From contig OZ037768.1 of the NCBI GenBank assembly GCA_964035545.1, positions 5,116,741-5,180,740 of the forward strand: 64,000 nucleotides of DNA. The letters are read 5' to 3'. Numbering within the stretch: position 1 is the stretch's first letter; each line of letters begins with the position of its first letter. Below, one piece after another: positions 38,371 to 50,800 of the stretch. The stretch comes from Bugula neritina. Its lineage: Eukaryota > Animalia > Bryozoa. A program made the translations under genes and the position numbers. The notes under the pieces are model-generated. The model had not been told where the DNA came from. It worked only from the letters and a program-made list of their open reading frames with translations, and did no database searches.

Positions 38371-39009
38371 TGTTCAGTTTTATTAATTATTACCATTAGT
38401 ATACTGTATACTCATAGCAGAGATGATCGATATCAGATGATATAGATCATATCTGACTCATAGTAAATAATAACTAATAAGCAATGACGAATAATTATAC
38501 GAATAGTAATTTTTTCTCACCTATCTCCGCTTTGAGTTTGAGTTTGTCCTGTTCGGGTAGCGAGACGAATAGTAATACTAATACTATTAGTATTACTATT
38601 AGTAATAGTAATACTAATAGTATTTTAAGTTTATTATTTTGCATTTTAGTATTTGCTTTTAGTTTCAGTATTTCAGCTACATTTAAAAAGACATGTGACC
38701 CTTTTGATCGTAAGTTATATGCGCAGTACAGAAAGCAGGCAAAGAGAGATATTGTGGTGGCTCGTGGAGCTACCAGCAACACAATACGCAAGGTTGCGTA
38801 TTGACCCGGAACAATGTATTAACCAATTAGCTAGGCTGCTTGTGAGTAATAGTAGTAGCTTCGCGCTACTAGCCCAGTTGAAGATAGTGTGGTAAACTAA
38901 ATAGATGCGTGTATTTTTAACTGTTGTATAACTTTATTATTATGTATTCTTGTATCGAAATATAACAACATCTACTCGACTTATCACGGTGAAGTCTCTC
39001 TAGTAGTAA

Positions 39010-40843
39010 GCAGACTCTCTTGGTTGCACATCCACCCTAATTCTGGAAAACATAACAATATGCGACAGCATAAGAAGGCATATCTGGAGTCACGCATATG
39101 CAAACCTCTGGTTGAAGGCAACTGCATACCATTTTACAAACACCTAAAGGGTAGGCGAACTAGTAAACAGCTCATCCGTCAAACCAAGCCAAACAACTCG
39201 TCCACAGATGATGCCGTAGAGTGTGCAGATATCCTGAATAACCACTTTCACAAGCAATTCAACAGTGGACACCAGCTTCAAAAGCTACCAATGACACATG
39301 CCAATGGACCCACCACCCATATTGAAATCGAGGGAGTGAAGAAGCTACTGGCAGGCCTTAAAAATGGGAAAGCTCCAAGGCTAGACCAACGACGTAAGGC
39401 TGACCTTACAATTGATACAAACCTGACTGCAGAATGCTTCACTCAGATCTATAACAAGTCCTTACAGTATGGTGAACTCCCTGACAGTTGGAAAACTGCC
39501 AATGTCACCCCTATCTTCAAGAGTTGTGACAGGAGCTCTGCCAACAACTATAGGCCAATCTCCCTGACTAGCATTCCATGTAAGCTACTAGAGCACATCG
39601 TTCTTGGTATTTTACTAGGGAAAGTAGATGGTTTCCTCCACAGCAGACAACACGGATTTAGAAAAGGGTTATCATGTGAGATACAACTCTGTGCCACCAT
39701 TCATGATATTCTCAGTGCGGCAGATAAGGGCTTGAGCACTCATGCTGCGGTGCTTGACTTCACAAAAGCCTTTGACAAGGTGCCGCATGCACTTCTAATG
39801 AAAAACTCTCCACGATCGGAACAATTGACACACATATACTTCACTGGATACCTAACTTTCTTACTGATAGGTCCCAGCGGGTGATACTTAATGGTAAAGT
39901 GTCAAGCAGTCTCCCAATCTTGTCAGGAGTACCTCAGGGATCAGTTCTCGGGCCTGTGCTTTTCCTGATATTTATCAATGACCTCCCAAACGAGGTAGAT
40001 TGCCCAGTCGCCCTATTTGCAGACGACACCTTAATGTACCAGACCATCACAAGCCAGCAGGACACAGCCCGTTTTTTTAGCACAACCTGAACTCTTTGGA
40101 CTCCTGGGCATGCAAGGATGGGTATGTCTTTCAATGTGAAGAAAAGCCAGATCATCATCTTCAGTAACAAGAAATTCACACATAACTATTCATTTGGAGG
40201 CCAGACTCTTGCAGTTGTTGACCACGCGTTGTATCTTGGTGTCACAATGCAATCAGACCTGAAGTCTGACATGCATATCCAGCAGAAATTATTCACAGCG
40301 AAGCGACAACTCGGGATGATTAAAAGGGCACTGTATTGGGCACCAGAAAAGGTGAAGTTAATAGCATACAAAATCCTGTGTTGTCCCCACCTAGAATATG
40401 CTGCTGCTGTGTAGGATCCTAGCTCCAAGAAGGCTGCAGTAAACATCGAGCAAGTGCAAGAGCAGGCTGTGAGATTTGTGGCAGGTATTAAAGGCAGGGG
40501 TGGGTCAGATGAGGCAAGATCTAGGCTTGGATTAACCCTCCTGCAAAACAGGCGCAAAGACCTACGACTTAGTCTCTTGATGCGGATCCTGGCCAAAGAG
40601 GAATATCATCCTTCACTCTCAAAATCGTAACCCAGAACGATATGCGATATGAAAATAACATCAAATGCTGCTTACAGACAGGCCTCATAAGGCCCTGTAC
40701 TGACATCAAAGTCCTAAAACAGAACTGCACCTATGTGATAAAAGTATTAACTACATTTAATAATTCTGTTCACCAAACGAGGCATGTTGCTTACACTAAT
40801 TTAGTGGTCTAACGTGATTGCATCTTCAAGTAAGTCAAGTAAG
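39010..40843 (+). mobile_element. Decayed 5'-truncated CR1/L2-group LINE (RT pseudogene) upstream of the POLG coding exons
   Basis: WKTANVTPIFK, NYRPISLTS, QHGFRKGLSC, LDFTKAFDKV, GVPQGSVLGP, LFADDT, PHLEYA spread over three frames (frameshifts and stop); tail TCAAGTAAG x2. Confidence 0.93.
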
Positions 40844-41802
40844 CTTCACTGTTCAACTTTTAGTAATTAACTTAACTCTTAGTCTTACAGTTACTCATAC
40901 TCATACTCATACTCGTAGACTTGAGCAACTTTCACTTAGAGGTTTTTATTTCGCACTTGCAGTAAATAAATCAAAATGTAATTGTAATTTTCCAAAAACT
41001 GAAAGTAATACTATAATTATGACTTATAATTATAGTAAGATATATTTATGACATAATACTAGTACTAGTAGTAATTGAAAATTTCCGGTATAATGATAAT
41101 CAGTATAAGTATGAGAATCACCATCATCATGGTCACCATGTGAATGTTAATAATGATAATCTGTTTTACTTTTGATATTTTAACAATTGGTTTTAATGGT
41201 ATTATGATCTTCTCTTACAGTATCAATATGATTGTTACTCAATTATTTCATTAGCCTGGTTGAAAACTAGGTGTAAACTGTAATGTCATTCCTACAGTGG
41301 GGTGTAGGATACCATCTATAGGCTATAGGCTATAGATGGCATACTCTATCTTAGCCTAGTCATTCCAAGTTGCACTACTACATGCAAGTGTACTGTATAT
41401 TACTACCACCATTGCAGAGCCAAATGCAGCTAGAATATCAGCAATTTCATGCTAAATAGTAAAAGTTATCATTATGCATTTTAATTTCTGCTGGAAAGAA
41501 ATACTCATCAGTTTTTTTGTAGCATTGTGAGTGTTGGCTGCAGTTTTTATTTCAGGTCTTTCTAGTCCTTTAACATTATCATCTCTCTGCTTGATGTAAC
41601 ATGTTTCTGATTCTATGCTGAGCTAATGTTTCAATTTATTGTACTTTTTTTGCTTGATTTGTAGTTACTGCTATCTTTCATTCAACTTGCAGTGTATCCT
41701 AAAAATGGGTATAATTGCTGTAATTTAGTATTTTTTATGTTATTATTTCTATAAGTTATGATTGTTTAATTGTTTAATTTCAGAAATGTTGAAATTAGAA
41801 GC

Positions 41803-44800
41803 ATGAAATTGGGGGTCAGACCTCAAATTCTTTGCCGCTGGTATTCTACAGCAACTGAAAACAAAAACTACAGAAGTAATGAAGTTGGCATACAGATGCT
41901 ATTTAAAACTTTGCACAATCAATTGTTTGGCAACCACAGCAATAACAATAGAAGTATAAGTGAAGACGTTTTAAAGAAAGTTGAAGCTCATCTAAACCAA
42001 CATGGCCTTAAACACAGAAAAACCAGTGTGCTCTCCGATGTTGATTTTTCACTTCCACCTCTGCAAGGTTAATATTTTTGCCGTAGAAAGTTTTTGTATT
42101 GAAATTTGTGTAACTGCTTAAGTTTTAAGAAAGTGGTTACCGTCATTGTTTATATTAGTCAAATTGATGTCAGTTACCTTGTAATTCTTAGGGCGAAATA
42201 TTGAAGAACACTTTCAACAGATAGCAATGAAACAAGTTGCACCATATATCAAGTTAGCTGATGAAATGTATCACTATGCCGTTCCGGTTATGCCTGAAGT
42301 GTGGAAATGGGAAAGAGGCTGGAACAGATATGATGCTGATGGCACAGTTCATAGTGTGCCCTACCCGAATGAAACAGCATATGTATTTGATGTGGAGACA
42401 TTAGTTAATGGAAATTACCCTGTTATGGCCATGGCAATGTCTAGCAAATCTTGGTAATCATATTCTGACAGTCAAGTTACAATCTGTTTGTTTTGAAACT
42501 TGAATTTAACTTCTCTCTTTTAATATTAGATGCATTTTCTCAAAAAGCAAGTTCTTGTTAGCAGAAGTTAACTCTCACATGTGCCATACACTTTGTCATG
42601 TAACATGTTTATGTGAGTATATCTGTTGATTATGCAATTCAGGTATGCCTGGTGTTCGGATAGACTGTTCAACGATGACTTTATATACTCTATAAGACCT
42701 CACCGCTACACTGACTTAATACCAACTGAGTGTGATCCCAGTATCAACCCTGATGATGCTGAATGGAAACCCAGGCTTGTTCTTGGACATAACGTCAGCT
42801 TTGACCGATCTTATGTCATGGAACAATATTTAATTCAGGTATAGCAATATCTTATTCAAGTATAGCAATATCTTATTCAAAATAATATGTTGTAATTATT
42901 TTCATATATTATATTCATCAATAGAGATTTAGTCATATTCTCTATGTAAGTAATTTAGGTTAGACATAATGATAAGCACAAGTCTTTAAGTCATATTGTG
43001 CTCTAATTCAATTTTTGATAACTTGAATTTTATAGATTCATGTTGAGTTGCTTAATTCATGTAAATTTGATTTTTCAAGAATGCATTTTATGCAAAGAAC
43101 TAGCATATTGAGTATCGAATTTAAAAGAAAAATATTTTCATTTTCAATTCTAATTTATCATAATTATAATTTATTTTTTGTGTCGTACTTCATAGAGGTC
43201 TAAGATGAGGTTTTTAGACACCATGTCCATGCACATCGCTATTTCTGGCTTTACCAGCTTTCAACGAGTTCTTTATGTTGCTAAGAAAAAGGGGAAATCC
43301 GTTTCAGATTTACAGGACAAGAAGCAAAAAGGGCACAAACCTTGGCTTCACAATCAGGTATAATATAGTTGATATGCTATTACTTCATCACAATCAAAAC
43401 TTTTACTATGATTATGGTGACATCTTCATATTTTACTAGCTATTCTATCAACAGTTTTCTAGTGAGTCAGTGTATCATAATTTTGCTATCCTCCCGTGTT
43501 ACTCACTGATACATGCTCATTACTTTTGGCTGCATAAGTTATTTTTAACGACCTAAAATAATTATATTGTTTATGATATACTCAAATATCAGGTTCATCG
43601 GTGAGTTTAAACGTGTCTTTTCCAAACGCATTGCGTTTTCTTATAAATAATAGATTTTGTATTCAATTTTTAATTTATGGTATTTAAAGTTTTAAATATC
43701 TCGTGCTATTATTTGTTTTAAAAAACAATTTATTTCACAACTGCTGCCAACAGCATTTACTTACATATTTATTTGACAAAATATTGCACAAAAAATGTTC
43801 AATTTACTATGCTTTTTATTTTTCATAAGTTCTTTTTAATATTTTCTGTATTTCAGTCCTAGTTAAAGCATTAATTACATCAATCGCTTTAAGCACTGTT
43901 ATAATTCACCTAAATCAGCGTAGGGAATTTTCAGTGGTGTATTTCGTAACTCTAGTCATGTTTTGTCATTTGAATAAAGATGTTTGATTGGATGGATTCT
44001 GGCTCACTGAACAGCCTTGATGGTGTGTACCAGTTTTATTGCAATGGGGAGCAGCTTGACAAAACCAACAGAGATGTGTTTGTTAAGGGAACCATACAAG
44101 ATATTAACAACGATTTCCAGGTATACGCAGCAACATCTAGTATAATTGGTTGGTTAAGATGCATCGTATTTCTAATACATAAACTGAGTTGAAAATATGA
44201 ATCATTCGTACCAAGGAAAAATGTTTTTTGTTTTCCTGTATATAAAGAGAAAGAGGAAAATTCTATAAGTACAAATATTACTATTGGTGAAATATTTTGT
44301 TTTGTAGAATTTGATGACTTATTGTGCTAAAGATGCAGCAGCTACACTTAAAGTGTTTCAAAAGATGTGGAAAGACTTCCGAACACATTTTCCTAGTCCG
44401 GTTACACTTGCAGGCATGCTGGAGCTAGGTACTGCATACCTGCCCGTGAACAGTAATTGGACTAGGTATTTACAGCTCAGTGAGCAGCACTACCAGGCTA
44501 CTCAGGTATCACACATATCTTGTTATTCTGATCTGGTTCTTAGTAATTCTGTTTTATAAGCTTCTTGTAGTTTTGAAACTGACATCACAATACAAGCTGC
44601 TCACATAAGTTTACATTTGTTTCTTTAAGTTTACCTTCAGTTGTCTGAACAGAGCATATTCAGTGCATTCTGTAGGCGTTGTTTCTTGTTCATAGTATTG
44701 GCAAATAAAATGATGTGTTATTTAACCATTTTTAGGAAGAAATAAGTTCTAGTCTGGCTAGCCTAGCCTCAGAGGCTTGCAGTACATATGGGGAGAAGGA

Positions 44801-47800
44801 CCGCTACAAGCTAGACCCCTGGTTATATGATGTTGATTGGTCTACTCGGTCTTTGAAGATGCTGAAAAAGGATCGGAAGGGTCTGGAGGTGAAGATGTTT
44901 ATTATGGCTGCTCATTGGAGCCCCTTTAATTAATTAGATAGTAAAATAGAACATTATTGAACTTTTTATTTGATTCTTTTTTAGGAAAATGAAAGTTCGC
45001 CAGAAAATGATTGTCAGGACCCTATAATTCAAAATGTTCTGAATACCAGCAGACGTCTACCAAAGAAAGTGCCGCATATGCCGGGTGTTCCACGGTGATT
45101 ATATAACGTATAGGTTCAGCTGCACTAAAACAGCTGACACTATTGACGAGGTTGTTTTATTTGCATGATATAAAGTTGTTTCTAATTTTAGTCATTTTAT
45201 ATTGAAAGTTTTGTTTAGTACATTCGTTGCATACCAGGTGGTACGATGAGCTATGTCCCAAGATCAGTGATGAGGATTGGATGTCTGGTCCTGTGTTATT
45301 GACCTTAGCAAAGAGAATAACTCCCAAACTCTTGAAATTGACATGGGATGGTTACCCCTTGTACTTCACAGAGAAACATGGCTGGGGATATGTGGTGCCA
45401 GGTGACACAACTCCTACAAACTTAAATAAATGTGTTGGAAGCAAAAAGTTTTATGTTTGGTTGTTGTGTTATCTATGATGAGTTTTGTGTTTTGTATTGT
45501 TTAAGGATAACTGGTTTGAGTGGTTTGTTTGTATAGATAAAGATTTTCAGAAAGAGGAGTTGGGTGACGAAGAAAGAGATGATCTAATTTATCCTCTCAG
45601 GTGATATAATTACAATCAAGTCTTTTTAGTGACTAGCTATTTTTTCTTTAGAAAAAATCCAAGTTATGCAATGTGTGCTTGACTTCAATAATCTAACAAC
45701 AGTAGTCTTCTCTTTCCATTTAGCAAACTTCCCTTTTGATGAATGGCTATGTGGATATACTGTCAGTTTTGGTAGCATTGCCTACTGTTGATTGCAACAT
45801 AGTTAAATTTCTAAACCGGTAATGTGGGAAAGATGCTTGTATTCTAGTTAGACTGTGTGTCCTTATGCTGTAGACAAGCTCGAGATCTGGCATACAACCA
45901 GCCTTTAAAATACCAAAAAGAAACCTCAACCTTACCATATGAAGTCAATTTTGACAAACTGATAGATCAGAATTTAGAAAAACACAGCATACCATATCAG
46001 AAGTCAAAGGCCATGTGGGAGCAACTCCGAGTCATGTCTCCACACCAAAAAGAGGTAAATTTTAATAATTCATGCGGCTTGGCTGAGATGGTTGCTTGAA
46101 CAGCTTATTTTGTATTCTGACAAGTTTTAGTCTTGAGAAAATTTTGAGTAATACATAACCTAAGCGCTTGCATTGGGTGAAAGTATTTGATTTTATTTAA
46201 TGCTTTTTATATCTCCGCACTTATAATAATGAAATGTGAAATTTATAGCTGTTTTTCAAGAAGATAAAGAACCCAGATGGCACAGAAGTGCCCTCGTGGC
46301 ACTCGGGGGTTGGTCCTGTCAAGGGCGTGCACATTCCAGGTGGATGGTTCTTCAAATTGCCTCATCAGGTTGGCTAAATTATGCTCAGCAGTTGTTTATA
46401 TTTACTCTGATTTATTTATAACCAGCAGCCCCATAACATGAATGTATGCTTTTACTTGTAAATTATTCAATTGCAGTGGCAAGGTTTTAAACACTCTAGT
46501 GGGTACTACGCTGTTAGTATGCTATGAAATATGTTGGTAACATTTGCAGGGTGGAGATCACAATAACGTAGGAAATCCCCTGTGCAAGGACTTCTTAGCG
46601 CACATTGAGAACGGAACTCTTTGCTCGGCTGCCGGCTCTGATGCCACAAAAGTTCTCATGTTGAGTATGCAGGCGTCCTACTGGAAGAACAACAGGGATA
46701 GAATAAGGCAAGTCTTGGGGTTTTTTGAAGCATTTTTCATCATTGAAGTAAACAGTTTTTCAAAAAAATTTCTTGGTAATATGTTATTTAACATTTTGAA
46801 GCATTTTTTGTCACTTGAAATCGACTATTGAAATAGACAGTTTTTCCACTCTTCTTTTCTTGGTAATATGTTATTCAACATTTTATTAAAAGTTGTCTAC
46901 TTATTTGATTGCATCCTGCAATGTATTCTCATCAATCAAATTATTGTTAGGTTTTTTGTTTCCTGCTGTATATTGAATGGTTGACATCTGCCAAATGTTA
47001 ATAGTTGGTATCTGCAGTAAGTTTGTGCATTTTTACCAAAGTTTAAATGCTGCAGTATACTTTTTCTGTTTATCTATTTAACATAATCGGTAGTTTGGTT
47101 GTCAAAACTACGTTCAAGAACTTAATGTCCGTTTAAAATAATACCTGGGCTAACTTGGGCATACCTGTTATATTTTCAAGTTTTATTTTATTTGTCAACA
47201 TATATTTTTCAGATCTCAAATGGTTACCTGGCTTAATCACGACCACTTACCTTTAGAGGTGAAAGGAGATGACTCCTATTACCCTCAGGGATTGTACGGA
47301 GCAATTCTGCCTCGCATAGTGACAGCCGGGACTGTCACCAGGCGGGCAGTAGAAAGAACATGGCTTACTGCCAGCAATGCCAAGGTTAGAAGCTGGCTGC
47401 TGTTTGTGTCTTTTATGCTGATTCGCTAAATAAAAACCAGTATATATCCCCAACAGCTTTTTTGTAGCTAGGCGCATATAGACACTTTGCATTATTTCTT
47501 TTACAGCAGCGGTTTTATGCCCTAAAAAGGATGTATCTTATTTTATATGCATATGATGCACATAATACAAATAAGCTACGTCTAATATATTTTAGAAGTT
47601 TTATTTTTATTATTTATTTTATACATGCATTAATTTATTTCATAAACTGATAGCAAATGATAACATATATATTTATATATTTATACATTAACAAATACAT
47701 TACACGTAATATTTTATCTAATTGTATAAAAGCATAATAACAAATTAGTACCTCCTTTATCCTGTAAGCTTGCAAGACAAGCTAAATATATTGCATGCCT

Positions 47801-50800
47801 AATCTTTTGATATAGACTGTTAAATTATATCGACTCAATTGTTGTTATGCCTATCTCACTTATCTTCCAGTGCATACTGTACTAATACTAATATTCTGTG
47901 TTTTAGTTGTGCATTCGTCACGCTTCTTGTATTGTTAGGTTGATCGAATAGGAAGTGAGCTGAAGGCTATGATCCAATCACCTCCTGGCTATCATTTTGT
48001 TGGAGCCGATGTGGATTCCCAAGAGTTGTGGATAGCTTCTCTTCTCGGTGACGCTCATTTCGCAAAAATACATGGTGAGGCCTAATTCAGTGATAATACG
48101 GAGAGCCGTGAGCTTAGTTCTAAGGAGTATGTTGTTTTAAAGTGGCCTTTCAGTCACATGTGTATTCAGTACCACTAACCAGGTGTTGGTCTAGTAGTGA
48201 GCGAAACTTTGTAGATGAATATATAGTAGAGAAAGTATACACAAGAAATTCCACAAAAACCAGGTGACTCTGTCCTAGCTGGCTAAGCTACGACACCATT
48301 AATCAGATCAAAAGAGTGGGATAAGTTCTTTGCACGCTGCATTCCACTATAACCAAACCCACATGTGCATGCATGCCTAGAGAAAAGTACTAGTCTGGTA
48401 GTGCAATGGTACATTATTTAGTGACTTGGTGCTGTAAAGATGAAGTCTCATTACTAGCATGTTATAACACGTCGCTCAAAATATGTAACACGAGTAAAAT
48501 ATGAATAATCAATTATTTGATGTACATAACTTTTATTTGTCAAAAATTTCAAAGATTGATATTAAGTCATTCAATGTTTCAAAATAAAAAGATTAAATCA
48601 ATTTAAGTCAATGAGAAGAGGAAAAATGTCAAGTTAGGGAGTCATATGGACTTTTACCAAGCTTTGGTTATTAGCAATTTTAGTTGAATTAATTTATATC
48701 TTTAAAATGTTTTTAATAATAATTATTTTCTGTTACCTGTATTTTTTTAAGAAACAGTGCCTTAGAAAATCTCAAGATCAGTCAGTATTTCTTCTAAAAA
48801 AATCAAATAATGGCTGTAATATAATTTCAAAGTTTCAATCTGGTCCTTACTGTGAGGCATATCTTCTGTTAGGATCCACAGCCATAGGTTGGATGACACT
48901 TCAAGGATCAAAAGGTGATGCAACCGATGTTCATAGTAAAACAGCCAGTCTAGTTGGAATTAGCCGTGATGAGGCTAAGGTGGGTCACATTGTTCTGCAT
49001 GCTTTTATTTTATCTAGTTTCTTGTTTCGTTAATAATTAGCTGCTCAAATTTTCTTTACAACAGGTTTTTAGCATTTGTAGTGGCCAAAAAACAAAGTTA
49101 CCAAAAATGTTTATGTGTCATCTTTAAAAAGTGTGAATCAACAAGATTAAGCTGACAAGCTATGTAGTGCACATTAAAACTATGTTTTATGCATAGGTAT
49201 TCAATTATGCAAGAATTTATGGAGCTGGTAAGAACTTTGCTCAGAAACTGCTGCTTCAGTTTAACCACCGACTCACTAAATCTGAGGCTACGGCTAAGGC
49301 TAACATCATGTATAAAGCTACTAAGGGTGTAAAGAAATCATCTTCAGTGTACGGGTATGATGCTATGTTGTTATAGTTTGGTTTTAAACAATAAATATTG
49401 TACTGGACATTCGATCATTTGTTAGTCATGGTCTTCTCTCTTTGAGTTATCTTGTGTTTTTAAGTCTGTTAAAGTGATAGAAGACTGCAGACTGTAGAAG
49501 ACTTAGAAACACAATATATTAGTTAAATTTCAGTAATTTGTAATACTGTTCATTCAGTACAGCCACTAGCATCTAACTTGTATAAGATTAATCATCACAG
49601 ACATTTCTCCCAAAGAAATGTGGCGATATGAGGAAGACATAGGCTGGTAAACTATTTATATAGCTGGCAAGTTTCCAATTTTATTGAGCTTAAGTTGCTT
49701 AGTATTGATGCAACTTTCTTAGTTTCCTTCTCGTAAATGATTTTATGCTTGTGAAAGCTATGACTCATTCATATTTTTTATTCTCAAAGGTTGGTACTAT
49801 TTTTGTCAGCCAATTGCCTTCACTTCTTGCAGGTGAATCTGTAATTAACCTAATAATATATTCTTAAAATTCAACAAGATGTAGTTGATACTAAAATGTA
49901 ACAAAACGGTTAGCGTGTTATCATATTTTATAAAAATAATGCTTTAAATTAGATATAGAAAATCCATCATGATGATAAACTGTTGCATAATCTAATAATT
50001 GCAGGAATGGGGAGAAGTTATGGTCCGGAGGCTCAGAGTCTGAAATGTTTAACGGACTTGAAGCTACTGCAGTTTCTCCAGATCCCCGGACACCAGTTCT
50101 TGGCTGTAAGATCACTAAAGCTTTGCAGCCTCAGAATGTTTACGATGAGGTAATAGTGTATGTAATATTGTATATAATATTGTAGTATTGTATATAATAG
50201 TGTAATGTATTGTATATAATAGTGTAATGTATTGTATATACTAGTGTAATATGTTGATATATAATACTTTATATAATATTGTAATATCATTGCATATGAT
50301 ATTGTATATAATGGTGTAATATATTATATAACATGCTATTTTTAATATGATATATATAACAATGTGATAGTGTGTATATAAACTAATGCATTAATACTGT
50401 AGTATTATATCTTGCATACAATGTTGTAATAATATATAGAGTTTGGGTTGTTTGTAAGTTTCTGTTATTTTATTCTTTGATTTTATATGAAGAAAATGTA
50501 TTGCATTTGTAATTTTTTTAATATTTCTTGTGTATTGTTTAGTTTATGACTAGCAGAATAAACTGGGTGGTACAGAGCTCAGCTGTAGATTATCTCCACT
50601 TGATGCTCGTCTCTATGAGGTGGCTGTTTGATGAGTTTGATATCAGCGGCAGGTAATTTATTTTCACCAAATTATTTACCTGTACCGTGTAATTAAATAT
50701 TTTCAAGTTTAAACAGTATTCAATTAGCATAAGTAGCTTTGCCATGTTTATATGAATCACCAGTTAATCGCCTGAACAATTGTTGAGAGGATTTTAGAAC

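Noticed and set aside
38484-38895. Three overlapping ORFs with SNTN or poly-Leu/Val stretches
   Set aside because: Products of the hexamer-periodic tract and adjacent structured segment; no recognisable domain
36679-40596. ORFs antisense to the two RT regions (36679-37005, 39934-40179, 40186-40596)
   Set aside because: Opposite-strand shadows of LINE RT coding sequence
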